From IMG/VR virus record IMGVR_UViG_3300014501_000025, positions 1 through 52,300 of that record: DNA of 52,300 nucleotides; one strand, written 5' to 3'. The translations under genes and the position numbers were made by a program. Below, piece after piece: positions 6,648-18,100 of the stretch (positions within the stretch are counted from its first letter, which is position 1; every line of letters starts with the position of its first letter). Under the pieces are notes generated by a model. That model did not search any database and had not been told where the DNA came from. It saw nothing but the letters and a program-made list of their open reading frames with translations. The stretch is from a virus (taxonomy: Duplodnaviria; Caudoviricetes).

Positions 6648-9440
6648 CTAGCGCAGCACGTCAACGAAAACCTGCCACTCGTAGGTGCACACGCTGCTGC
6701 TGTTGTTGAACAACTGAATATTGAGCCGATTATTGGAGTCCGGAGTGGCGACTGATGTGATGTCGAGCACGATCGGGACGGCGGTCCAAGGGCCAAGCCC
6801 CACGAGGCTTCCATTGACCACCACAGAGAACGACTCGGGCACGGAGTTGACGTTGACCCGCAGGGTGGCGCCGATGATCTGATCGCCAGGCGACAGTGAC
6901 ACCTGACTGATAGCTGGGGAGAGCGTGCCGCCGCCGAAACCATCAACCGCGTAATTGCCGGTCAGGGTGACGGCCTGCCGCTGGTAGTTGCGTTGCAGCC
7001 GGGTGGCGGTGTAGAGCTGGCGCTTGAGGGCACGCGCGGGGTTCTTTGGCCGGTTCGCGAACGTGCCCTGGGTGCTGGTGACCCCTCTGGGGCTGATGTT
7101 GCGAGTGATCACGAGCATCTGCCGCGGGGCGGTGTCGTTGACGTTGATCAGGCGCGCCTGAACTTGTAGCCCGTCGCCAGGGCGCCACCGCATCTGCGCG
7201 AGTGCGCCCGGAAGCGGCCAGGTGAACGCCTTGCGGGGCCGGCCGTTCGGGTCGGCCGAGAGCAGCTGCCACGGTTCGAGCTGCAGGCCGAGCTGGCTGT
7301 TGAGCAGCGCCTGCAATAGCGACTCGAATGAGGCGTCTGAGAAGTCCTGCCAGCCCTGCGCATCGAACAGCGACGCGAGCATCGTGTCCGGGTCGTAGAC
7401 GTGGCCCTGAAGCTGGCCGGTCGTTCCGGATTGAAACCCGGCACCGTTGCCCTGCAGCGACGACGCGAAGTCGCTGGAGTCCAGCGTCGAGGAGTAGTTC
7501 AGCAGCCCCTCGCCGTCCTGCCGCGGGCCGGCGTCGGGCTTGAGGACGAGATCGGTGTCGTGGCCCTCCCGGATGCGTGGTGCCAGCACGCCGGGGAAGG
7601 ATGCTGATTCGAGTTGCTGCGGTTCGACGGCCGCCTGGTAGCCGACCGCCTGGAGGGTCTGCTGGACGAGATCGAAGTGCGCGATCCCCTGGTAGCGCTG
7701 GTCGACGCAGCCGAGCGGGGAGAGGCTGGTGGCAGGGACGAGCGACGACTGCGCACCCGAAGCGATCGCGGTGCCGCCAGGGTCGGTATACGCGGCCGGG
7801 CTGCTTGCCAGCACGAACTGGGGCGCGGTGCTCGCGTTCGCGTCAACGGCGTACTCGATGATGATCGGGTACCAGCCGTCGCGCTGCACGGTGCCTGCGC
7901 CATATGGGAGCGTCCCCGCAAGCGCGGATGCCGACACGGTGAATAGGTAGCTGGTCTGGCTGTTGAACGCCCACTGACCCACCAGCTGGTCGCCGAACCT
8001 CGTTTTGCCGACCCAGACGCGGACGGCGGTGTTGCTCGCGCCCACGCCCGTGATGATGTTGAAGCTGTAGTCCCCGGCGCTGAGTTTGAGGTAGATCGCG
8101 CCGAACCAGCGCGCGGACCAGTTCGATGTGGCCGCCCCGGGCGTCGGGTTGGCCTGGAGGTTGATCGTGGCGTCCTGCTGGTTGGCGTACTCCTGCGGGG
8201 ACGAGCCGCCGTACGCCTGCGTGCGCGGCGGCGCGAGGATCTCGCTCAGCCTGTTGCTGTCGAATTGCAGGTCGAGGTCGTTGAAGTACCGGGCGTGCAG
8301 GCCGCCGGACGAGTAGGTGCTCGCATCTCCCGGCAGCACGTAGTCGCCTTTGTCCGAGCCGCGCATCAAGAACGGTTGCAGCGATTCCAGCAGTACCCCC
8401 GTGACAGTCAGGGCGCTCGAGGAGGTGACGGCGAAAAGCTCCATCGAGAGCTGCAGGGAGCTCGTGGTGTCGCTGTTTCGACGGATCGTGCCGACGAGTT
8501 GGCCGTTGACGTATCCCGAGATCCACTCGCCGTCTGACTCAAGCGAAAACTCGTAGCTGGTGGCGGACGCCACCTGGATCGACGTGACGGGCTGTGTGTG
8601 GCCCACAGCGCCGCTGCCCAGCGACGTCAAGTACGGCGGGAGGTTCGTGCCAGCGCCGAACCCCGGGAGCGTCAGGTTGTACGCGTCCCCCGAGGACTCC
8701 ACGACCTGGAGCTGGAAGTTGCCGTTCGTGTAATTCTGGAACGAGCAAGACGCCGACCAGACCTGGGTTCCGGCGGCGACGCTGATCGTTCCGGACTCCA
8801 CCGTCTCGGTTGCTCCCGAGCTGGTGGCGGTCAGGCTCAGGCCGCCCTGCGCGCCGATCACCGCGGACGCAGTCCCGAAGCTGACCGCCGTCCACTGCGC
8901 GTTGAGCGTCCCGGCCGGGAAGCTGTCGACGATCGTCGGCACCCACACCTGCGTGCCGCGTTCGATCACATCCCGCGGTGCCTGCGTGACGATCCAGTCG
9001 CGGACGTAGGCCTTCTTGAGCAGCCAGAACGCGTCGTACGCGTGGACGGTCACCTGCTGCTGATCGGCCGTGACCTGATCGATCACGCCGGTGAAGTCGA
9101 GAAACCCGTTGAACTTGACCTCGATGAACTGGAGATGCCCGGTCGGGTCGAACCGCTCGCGCCACGGCACCCCATCCGACGAGGTGGCGTTCGGGAACAG
9201 CAGCGTCGCCTCGCCGGCATCCCCAAGGCGGCCCGTCCAGGAGCCCGACACGAAGTCGGGGGTGGCAGGCACGTTGGAGATCGGCAGCTTGCGCGCGACC
9301 ATCGCTGACTGGCCGAGCAGCGCGAATGTCGACACGTCCGCCGGCGGGGCCGGCCAAATCGAGGAGAGCGGTCCGATGTGACGCAGCTCGATCTCGTCCT
9401 GCTGCAAGACGACAGGCTCAAGATTCGGCGACGGACTCAC
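6648..9440 (-). CDS. minor tail / receptor-binding protein with PA14-like and lectin-like inserts
   Basis: 930 aa downstream of the tape measure; GLHARYFN...TINLQ...WSARWFGAIY...GDYSF...GWYPIIIEY resembles PA14. Confidence 0.7.
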   Translation of the reverse strand: MSPSPNLEPVVLQQDEIELRHIGPLSSIWPAPPADVSTFALLGQSAMVARKLPISNVPATPDFVSGSWTGRLGDAGEATLLFPNATSSDGVPWRERFDPTGHLQFIEVKFNGFLDFTGVIDQVTADQQQVTVHAYDAFWLLKKAYVRDWIVTQAPRDVIERGTQVWVPTIVDSFPAGTLNAQWTAVSFGTASAVIGAQGGLSLTATSSGATETVESGTISVAAGTQVWSASCSFQNYTNGNFQLQVVESSGDAYNLTLPGFGAGTNLPPYLTSLGSGAVGHTQPVTSIQVASATSYEFSLESDGEWISGYVNGQLVGTIRRNSDTTSSLQLSMELFAVTSSSALTVTGVLLESLQPFLMRGSDKGDYVLPGDASTYSSGGLHARYFNDLDLQFDSNRLSEILAPPRTQAYGGSSPQEYANQQDATINLQANPTPGAATSNWSARWFGAIYLKLSAGDYSFNIITGVGASNTAVRVWVGKTRFGDQLVGQWAFNSQTSYLFTVSASALAGTLPYGAGTVQRDGWYPIIIEYAVDANASTAPQFVLASSPAAYTDPGGTAIASGAQSSLVPATSLSPLGCVDQRYQGIAHFDLVQQTLQAVGYQAAVEPQQLESASFPGVLAPRIREGHDTDLVLKPDAGPRQDGEGLLNYSSTLDSSDFASSLQGNGAGFQSGTTGQLQGHVYDPDTMLASLFDAQGWQDFSDASFESLLQALLNSQLGLQLEPWQLLSADPNGRPRKAFTWPLPGALAQMRWRPGDGLQVQARLINVNDTAPRQMLVITRNISPRGVTSTQGTFANRPKNPARALKRQLYTATRLQRNYQRQAVTLTGNYAVDGFGGGTLSPAISQVSLSPGDQIIGATLRVNVNSVPESFSVVVNGSLVGLGPWTAVPIVLDITSVATPDSNNRLNIQLFNNSSSVCTYEWQVFVDVLR

Positions 9441-9540
9441 CTCCTTTTCCGAGCGCCCGCGCAGGTAGAATCTGCGGGCACAAAGCGGCCCCGCGGCGTG
9501 TCACCGCCCGGGGCCCGGCCAACCTAACGAGGAGGTTGAC

Positions 9541-10365
9541 GTGGCGAACAGTAATCGGAGTTGCAGCGTCGAAGGTTGTGGGCGGCCATTCCTTGCTCGG
9601 GGCTTCTGTAGCAAGCACTACCGGCAGTGGAAGAAGCTGCAGCCCGACGCGCCGCGCTGCAGTCGACCCGACTGCGACGCAGCGGTCCTCAGCCGTGGAC
9701 TCTGCGAGAACCACTACGCAGCGTGGCGACGGACGACGCCCGCCTATCAGCGGTATCTCGCCGAGCGCCCCATTTGCACCATTGAGGGCTGCGTCGCCCA
9801 GGTCAAAGCCCGGGGCCTCTGCAGCCTCCACCTCCATCGACTACGGGACTACGGGGATCCGCGCCGCGAGCCCATCAGCACCGAGGCGCGCTTTTGGCTC
9901 TCAGTCGAGAAGGGCGCCCCAGACGATTGCTGGCCGTGGCGGGGCAGCAGAAAGCGCAGGGGCTACGGCAAGTTCGCGGGAGGGATAGCTCACCGGTTCG
10001 CATGGCAATTCGCGAACGGGATCGCGATTCCAGCCGGCCAGGTGGTCCGCCACACGTGCGACAACCCGCCGTGCTGCAACCCCGCGCACCTCATCTTGGG
10101 GACCGGGATCGACAATGTCCGCGACCGCGTCGAGCGGGATCGGTCAGCGCGCGGCGACCGCAGCGGCGCGCGCCTGCATCGTGATCGAATGCCGCGGGGC
10201 GCCACCAACGGCAACGCGAAGCTATCCGATGACGCGGTGCGCGAAATCCGGAGGCTCTATGCCGAGGGCGGTATCAGCCAGACGGCGCTTGGCAGGGATT
10301 TCGGAATCGCACAGACAGGCGTGTCGTCGATCGTCCGACACGAGACCTGGACTCACGTCGTCTAG
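9541..10365 (+). CDS. free-standing HNH homing endonuclease (3 Cys/His Zn-finger repeats, HNH, C-terminal HTH)
   Basis: Three C...GC....ARG.C..H-type repeats; CWPW.G...GYG...AHR..W...HTCDNPPCCNPAHL..GT..DN; AGGAGG RBS. Confidence 0.9.
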   Translation: MANSNRSCSVEGCGRPFLARGFCSKHYRQWKKLQPDAPRCSRPDCDAAVLSRGLCENHYAAWRRTTPAYQRYLAERPICTIEGCVAQVKARGLCSLHLHRLRDYGDPRREPISTEARFWLSVEKGAPDDCWPWRGSRKRRGYGKFAGGIAHRFAWQFANGIAIPAGQVVRHTCDNPPCCNPAHLILGTGIDNVRDRVERDRSARGDRSGARLHRDRMPRGATNGNAKLSDDAVREIRRLYAEGGISQTALGRDFGIAQTGVSSIVRHETWTHVV

Positions 10366-12134
10366 CCCCTCACAACCAAGGCTCCTAATTGACGCGAGTC
10401 ATACAACGCGGCCTGGCCGCAGTCGCGCGCGCCGCCGTAGAGAGCGCCGCTCCGGGTCCGGTCCTGGGTCTGGTGAGCCTCGACGCGCGTGGAGCTGCCG
10501 GTCGTGACGGCCGTCCCTGTGTACTCGCCGTAGTCAGTGAAGGTGGTGCTGACGAGGCCGAACACGCGGTACTGGCTCGCCTGGGTCGACGTGAAGCTGC
10601 CGGATCCTTTGACCTGGTCGGACTGCGTCGCGACGAAGCTGACCTGCACTTGGAGGTATCCCATGCCGCCGGCGCCCTTCAGGATCACCGCGTTCTGCGC
10701 GGTGCCGCCATAGCCGCTGGTTTCGGTGGTGCCGATGAACGTGGCGCTCTGCTGGACCACGACGAGGTTCGTCTGATATGGCCCGACGGTGCTGGCACCG
10801 CCGATGCATCGCAGGATCGACAGGAAGTTCGCGGTGCTCGACGAGAACGTGCCCGCTGCCGAGCTCCAGTTGCTCGTTGCGGTCGTCGACCAGATGCTGT
10901 CGGTCCCGGCCGCGGGGGGCTGGCTGGTGCTCGGCTCGAAGAAGAGGCTGTCGTTTGAGTCGGGCCCATCGGGCGTCCAGGTGAGGTACGCGTCGGCGCG
11001 GCCGCCCGCGGCCTTCGGCGCTGGGTAGCACTCGAACGTGAGTCCGAGCTCGCCGCGTTGCATCGTGATGAACACCCGCTCGCGGCTGTTCGCGTCGGCG
11101 CTGTTGGCCAGCACCACGACCGCGACGGCGCGCTCCGGCGTCCACTCGACGATCCCAGCGGACACGAACGTGTTGCAGTACCCGGTCGAATCGCCAGCGC
11201 GTTGCACGGTGAGCTTGCCCTGCTCGACGTACGCGGAGCCGTTCCACACGTCGACGCGGAACCCGGGCTTGCCCACGCTCGCGTCGTAACGGACGCGGAC
11301 CAGGCCGTTGTCCAGGACCGGGATGTCAGCGGGCTGCCCGCTGGTCAGCCAGTTCCACGGGTAGTCGGGCCCGTAGGTCTCCTCCCACGTCGCGCCCGGC
11401 CCCGTCGTCGGGTCATCGCCGGCGCCGCGGCGGTCATAGACGATGACGTCGGACAGGTTCAGCGCGGATTCCGCGCGCTCGTAGGAGACGACGGTGAGAT
11501 CCGTGAGGCCTTCGACGAGCTGGCACGCGCCGCCGTCACGGCCGGTCGGCAACGGTGCGCCGGCGAGCACCCCGCCGGTCACGGTGTCCGCGATCGACGT
11601 CGCGCCATTGGCGATCACGCTCAGCGGAAGGGCGGGCAGCGCGCTGAAGTCGGTGCTGAGGATCCACCCGAGCGCGTCGCGGGCGTACAGGCCGGTCCGC
11701 AAGTCCTTCATCCACACCTGCCGTGCTTCGCGATGGGTGCGCCGCCGGCCGGCGAGGTAGAAGTTCCCCTGCTGCGTCTGCCAAAAGCCGGTCGCCAGGC
11801 CGATCGAGCCGGTGAGATCCTGCAGCATCGTCTGGTCCGGGATGTACCAGCCGTCCTGTTCCAGGTCGTCGGAGTAGACGACGTACAGGAACGCGCCGAG
11901 CTTGAGCGGCGTGTTGTTCAGCAGCGACCGGAACTGGCGCCGGATCCGCAGCCGCGCGGCGAGCGTGTCGGTCTGGCCGTCCGCGGCGACGGTGGCGATC
12001 GACACGGGGTACTGCGGCGGGGTGCGCGGCGCGCTGACGACAGCGCCACCGAGCTGGCCGACAGGATCCCCGAGTTGTTCATTCCATTGCAAAGCCGGTC
12101 CGACGAGCAGCCGGCCGAGCTGAAAGCTGCTCAC
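10362..12134 (-). CDS. minor tail protein (distal-tail position)
   Basis: 590 aa directly downstream of the tape measure; beta-rich. Confidence 0.6.
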   Translation of the reverse strand: MSSFQLGRLLVGPALQWNEQLGDPVGQLGGAVVSAPRTPPQYPVSIATVAADGQTDTLAARLRIRRQFRSLLNNTPLKLGAFLYVVYSDDLEQDGWYIPDQTMLQDLTGSIGLATGFWQTQQGNFYLAGRRRTHREARQVWMKDLRTGLYARDALGWILSTDFSALPALPLSVIANGATSIADTVTGGVLAGAPLPTGRDGGACQLVEGLTDLTVVSYERAESALNLSDVIVYDRRGAGDDPTTGPGATWEETYGPDYPWNWLTSGQPADIPVLDNGLVRVRYDASVGKPGFRVDVWNGSAYVEQGKLTVQRAGDSTGYCNTFVSAGIVEWTPERAVAVVVLANSADANSRERVFITMQRGELGLTFECYPAPKAAGGRADAYLTWTPDGPDSNDSLFFEPSTSQPPAAGTDSIWSTTATSNWSSAAGTFSSSTANFLSILRCIGGASTVGPYQTNLVVVQQSATFIGTTETSGYGGTAQNAVILKGAGGMGYLQVQVSFVATQSDQVKGSGSFTSTQASQYRVFGLVSTTFTDYGEYTGTAVTTGSSTRVEAHQTQDRTRSGALYGGARDCGQAALYDSRQLGALVVRG

Positions 12135-12135
12135 G

Positions 12136-15100
12136 TCAGCTCCCGACGCCGAGATTGGTGACGCTGTCGGAGGAGAGACTGGCCATGTACCCGTTCTGCC
12201 CCTGGTAAGAGAAGCTCGTGGTGCCGGTCATCGCCCCGGTGCTGGTCGTCGTCGCGGTGGTGTTCGCCGTCGTCGCGGTGGTGAGCGCGGTCAGTCCGCT
12301 GGTGTTGGAATCGACCGACGTTTGCAGGCCGAGGAGCTGCTGGACGAGCTGCTGCATCGTCGCGACCGTCGACGTGTAGTTCGAGCCGGTCAGCGACGGC
12401 AGCTGGGACTGGTAGTAGCTCAGCTCCTGCTCGATCGGGGCTTCCTCCTGGCCGAGCATCGTGTTCTGGGCATTCACGCCGCTGGTCGCGCCCGCGAGCT
12501 GCGCGGCGGTCAGGACGCCGCCCTGGTTTGTCGCGAGCGTCTGGTAGTTCGCGAGCGCGTTCCCGACCTGGCCCTGTGCGCCGCTCAGGCCGAGCGTCGC
12601 GAGAATGTCAGGGCTCAGGCCGAGCGAGGAGAGGTCCTCGCCGCCGGTGAGTCCCTGGATCGCCTGAAGGCTCGTCAGCGAGTTACCGATCGCGGTCGCC
12701 TGATCGGCAAACTGCTGCGCGGTCGCCTGGATCTCTGCGACGAGCGCGGCCTGCCCGGCCTGCGTGGCGGTGATGATCGCCTGGTCGACGGTGTCGAGCT
12801 CCCCGAGGAGCGACGACTGCAGGGTCTTGTTGTGGGTCTCCAGCGCGATCTTGTAGTCGGCCTCGAGCTGTGACTGCTGGGTCTTGTACTGGGTGACCTG
12901 TTGGCTGGCCTGGTTGACCTCCTCGGCGTACATCGCCGGGCCGCCGCCCATCATCGCCGACAGCGTCGAGGCGCTCATCCCGGTCGCCTTCAGCGCGCTG
13001 CCGGTCAGCCCGAGACTCTTCAGGCTGGTGCCGGAGTTCAGGCCACCGACGGCACTGTCGAGAGTGGAGAGGTTCTGCGCGTTGGTCTGCATGGTGCTGA
13101 CCGTGGTGGTGAGCCCCTTGAGCAGGTCGGTGAGGTAGCCGACGACGAGGTTGATCGCGCTGGAGTTCGCCCACGGCAGGTTCGCGTCGTTCCCGGACCG
13201 GACGCTGCTGGATTGCGGCTCGTTGGTTGCAGGCCCGGTCGGGATGGGCATCCCGCCGGTCTTGTAGTGCGGGAGGAACATCGCGGTCTCGATGCCGTTC
13301 TCACCGAACATCGCGAGTGTGGGACCGTTCGCGGTCGCCCACCCGCCGTCGGCGAAGTTGCCGGCCCAGCCGACCTTTCCGCCCTGGGCGTACGCGTTGC
13401 CGCCGTTGGCGATCATGAACGACAGCGCCTGCGCCGAACTGCCACCGCCGTACCGGGCGATCATGTACCGGATCGCGGCGGCGGTGTTATCGACGGGGTT
13501 CAGGATGTTGCCGTGCCCGGACACCATGTAGGAAGCGAACGTCGACAGCGTCGTCTGCAGCAATCCCTCGGAGGGATCCCCGGCTGCGGCGTTGGAGTCC
13601 CAGTTGTTGATCGACCCGGGACTCCCAGAGGATTCGCGCATCGCCTGACGCTCGAGCATTCCCAGCCACGCACCCCCGGACACTCCAGCGAGCGCCATCC
13701 CCTGCGCCAGCCAGCTCGCCAGCGACCCGGACACGTGAACCGGGACTCCCTTGACCGAGCCGCCGCCAGTGCTGCTCGGCGTCTTCTTGGTGATGTAGTC
13801 GTTCGCTGCCTTCGCGGCTTCCTTGAGCGCGTCGGCGGTGATCGCGCCCATCGTCCCGCCGCCACTCACGCCCGGCGCCGTCACGGTGCCCGGCGTGCCG
13901 CCCTTCGCGAACCCCGGCACAGCGTCGCTGGCCGAGTCGGCTCCGCCGAACTGTCCGCGCAGAATCCAGTTCGTGCCCTTGTTCTCGCGCACCCAAGCGG
14001 CGTACGACTGGAAGGGGTCCAGCAAGGTGCGCCAGTCGCCCTTCCCGATCTTGGGGAACACGATGTCGTCCCAGGCGGTGTCGCCGCCCTCCGACACACG
14101 CATCGCGCTTCGCAGCGTCGCGGCTGACTGGAGAGCGTGCCCCATCTCGTAGACGCCCTCGAACGTGGCGTACATGTTGCCGGGGGCGCGAGAGCTTGTG
14201 GCGGAGTCGGCGGTCCACCACGGAACCTCGATGTGGTGCGACGAGCTTTGGGTATCCGTGCGCTCTGGTCCCCAGGCGGTGCTTCGTACAAGATCGAAGG
14301 TGGGGAAGCTCGAGCCGTGCGGGAGATCGCCCGAGCCCGCGAGTCGGTTCCAATAGCCGTGCATGAGCCGCAGATATGCCTGCCACGTGCCGGAGCTCGG
14401 CTCGCTGACGCCGCCTTCGGCGAAGCCGGGGACCCCGAGCGCGCTCCCGGCCTGCGCCCAGAGCCCGAGGTTCCGCTGCCGGTACGCAGGATTGGTGGCC
14501 AGCACGTACTCCGGGTGGGCGGCCCCCTCCTCGCCTACAACGTAGGTCGGCGCGTTGACCTTCATGCCGGTCGCGCCGTGCGGGAGATACCCCGCGGCCT
14601 CCTGCTTGACGAGGTCGGCGTTCTTCGCGGCGCCGCCGGCGAGCTGCGCGACGCTGATCGGCGCCGCGCCGAGCTCCTTGAGGATCTTGTTCAGCGCGCC
14701 CGCGACCGCGAGCGTCCCGGCCCCGGTCGCGGCGCCGGCGGCCATCATGTTCTGCAGCAGGTTCTCAGCCCAGGCAGCCATGTTCTGCTTGTCCTGGCTG
14801 CGCAGTCCCGTGACCTTGGAATAGAACTGCGCCTGGGTGAGGTAACCGTCGTTGTACTGCTGCTTGAGCTGGGCGTACATCGCCTGGTAGCTGGACTCGG
14901 TATCGGAGGCGATGTGCCCAACGGCGGTCCGTTCGATCGACCGGAGATCATTCAGGTAGGTCTGGGTGTCGATCTTGTGGTTCTTGTAGAGCCCGTCGAC
15001 GGTGGAGAACATGTCCTTCCACTCCGTCTGCCAGGTAATCGCGCCGTCCTGCATCCCCTTCTGCAACGCGTCCTTGATCGCGGCCATCCCGAGCTTGACG

Positions 15101-18100
15101 CTGGTCTCCCCCGCCTGCATCGCGTTGGTGACGTCGAACACCATCCGTTGGACGTTGGTGTGCATCAGCTGCTCGCCATTGGCGCTGTGCGCGATCAGCC
15201 TGGTGTTGGAGTCAAAGATGTCGGTCAGGCCCTTGAGGCCCGTGACGGCATCGGAGTTCCACCGGCTGGTCATGGTCCCCATCACGCTCTGCAGCGGCGC
15301 GAGGTCGGTCTTGACCTTGTTGGTGAACTTGTCGATCACCTGCGCGTCCTGCGGGAAGATCTGCGCGAGCGCTTGCCCTTCGCGGACCATGCCCTGCAGC
15401 TGCGGGATGCTCATCTTCGCGACGTCGGTGCTGTTGGACACCGATTTGACCCACGCGTCAAGCGCCTGCTTTGCGGCCTGCGTGGACCCGAGCTGGCTGA
15501 CGGTGGCGCCCGGTGACTGCTGCTGCAGCGGATTGCCTGTCGCTGGCGTTCCCAGGCCGGTGAGACTGTGGGCGCTTGGGCCGGTGGCGACGCCGCCGGG
15601 CTGGTTGAGCGCGCCCTTGCCCTGCTGCTGAAGCAGCTGCGCGAGCTGATTGCCGGTGTACTTGGACTTGGGGGCCGTGCCGCCGCTGGAGAACAGGCCG
15701 AACAGTTGGACGAGCCCGTACACGCCGCCGGCGGCGGCAAGCAACGGCAGAAGGGCCGCGGCGACTGGTGCGACGGCCGCGCCCGCGCCGGTGATCGCGC
15801 CGGCGAGACCCGCCATGCCGGCGCCCTCCGCCGCGCCAGCCACCCCAAGCGTCGCGGATTCCACGCCACCGGAGATCGCGGTGCCCACCCCCGACGCGCC
15901 GATGCGTCCCAGCAGGCCGCCGAGCGCGCCACCCGCCGCGCCTCCTTCGACAGCGCCCGCGCCCGAGCCCGACGCCGCCTTGGCGGCATCGCCGGTGAGC
16001 GTCAGCTTCCCGACGGCGCCGCCCTGAGCGTCGGTGAGCGCGATGTTCGTCGCCTGCGCCTTGTTCGTCAGCCCGATCGCTGTCGCGAGCCGCGTCCACA
16101 ACGGCACCAGGAAGCTGATCTTCGTGGCGATCAGACCGAACCCGAGAGCGAGCGCCCCGCCGGGAATCTCCTCGATCGCCTTGACCACGTCGATGATGGC
16201 CTTCGCGACCGTGGTGAACGCCGTCGTCAGCGCGGGCGCCAATGTCATGTACAACGGCATGTACGCGTTGACGAGCAGCGGCAGCACCTGCAGGAGCTGG
16301 TCGATCTCGGCCTTGTGGACGGTGAAGATCGTCATCAGGTCCTGCCGGCCGTGCACGGACTGCTCCCACAGCCCGAGCTTGTCGAGCATCTGCGTCAGCT
16401 CCGAGATGATCGACGCGCCGGTCCCGACGTCATTGGAGAACAAGCGCGCGATGTCGATGATGAGCGCGTCAACGAAGTGGCGCCACAGCTCAAAGTCGCC
16501 AATCAGCTTGGAGATCTCGGCGTCGAGCTGGCCGTTGTTTTCGCTGTTGAGCCGCTTGAACAGGTCGTCGAGATGCTGCGTGAACCCACCGGTGTATTGC
16601 GACGCGATCTGGGTGGTGCGTAGCAGCAGCTCGACGCCCTGGTTGAACGCGCCAATCGCGGTCGGGAGGTTCGTCGCGAACTGGTTCTCGAGGTCTGACC
16701 AGATCTGGATGCCCTCGGGGCCCTTCAGCCACGTGAACAAGGGCCGGATGTCGTTGTCGATGATCGCGAGGTTGCGCTGCGCGGCGCTGACCACCATCGG
16801 CATCATCTGGCTGGCGAGCGACAGCACCTGGTCCAGGATCTGCACCGACAGCAGTCGCGCATGCCCGGTCGTCTGATCCCACAGGGTGTTCAGCGCATTG
16901 GCCTGCTGCGCGAGCTGAGCCTCATACTTGGTGCCCGGCCCGAGGTTCTTCATGTCGTAGTTCAGCTGCGCTTGCGCCTGGTGAGCCTGCGCCGAGTTCT
17001 TGCCGTACACGCCGACGGCCTGGGCGAGGCTGGTGTAGTCGGCCGACAGCGTCTTGGTGTCAGCGATCGCGGACGTCATGACACCCATGTCCGACCCGGC
17101 GCCGACGGCCATCGTGCCGGCCGCGCCCAAGCCGAGCAGCCCAGCGCCGCCGAGCGCGCCACCGGCCGAGCCGGCGATCCCGAGCGCGGTCATCGCGAGG
17201 TGCTCCGGCCCGAGCCCGGCGAACGATCCGAGCGTGCCGAAGCCCGCGAGGCCGAGCATGCCGGTGCCCATCAGCGCGCGGCGCCAGTTGATCGGACTGG
17301 CGCCCTGGTCCCCACCGCCGCCCGTAGCGACCGGCGGCAGCCCACCACCGCCGCCGCCGCCGCCCATCATGTCGAGCACGGCCTGCTCAGGGATCTGCCA
17401 CGCGCCGCCCTGTTTCTGAGCGCCCGCGAGCGCGCCGGCTCCCGCGAGGTCATACACGCGGCTGCGGCTGACCCCGAGCCGGCTCGCGGCCGCCGCGGCG
17501 TTGAGCATCACCGGCGGTCCCTGCTGGCTCGCTACCCGCGCCGCCAGCACACTCGCGAGCGTTCCCATGTCCGGGCTGCTCGCGCGATGCACCGCGTCCG
17601 CGCCCGCAAGCGTGGCGGCCGGCGAGCCACCGCCCGCGCCTTTCACCAGGCGCGCGGCGCTGACCGTACGTGCTGCCTCCTGGATCATGCTCGTCTCTGC
17701 CTGGGCCTGCGCGACCTGCTCAGCGCCGGCGAGCAGCGGATTGGATGACGGCCCCACGTTCTTGCGCAGCTGCGACGCGGCGCCGATCGCGTCCAGCATC
17801 CGAGACTGCTCCGACGCGCGTTGCGTCGCCGCGACCGTCTCCGCCGCCTGCAACAGCCAGCTCTTCTGCACATCCGGCGACTGAGCCGGCGCCGCGACTG
17901 GCGCGGGACGGACAGCCGGGCGTTCGCCGCGGCTGGTGTCCCCCGAGGCGGCGGCCAGCGACCCCAGACCGGACGCCTCACCGGACTCCTGCGCGAACAC
18001 GATCGGGTTGTTGCGCGAGCCCGGGTTCTCGCGTCCGCGGATACCTACGATCGCGTCTCGGCTAGCCCCAGGCGTGCTGTTGCGGTTGCCGTTGCCGTTG

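Noticed and set aside
9441-10365. HNH genes as part of group I introns
   Set aside because: They are antisense and the flanking tail genes have their own stops and starts
12322-17748. Long + strand ORFs (e.g. 12901-14127, 14137-15516, 15568-16623)
   Set aside because: Antisense shadows of the high-GC tape measure gene; no recognisable motifs
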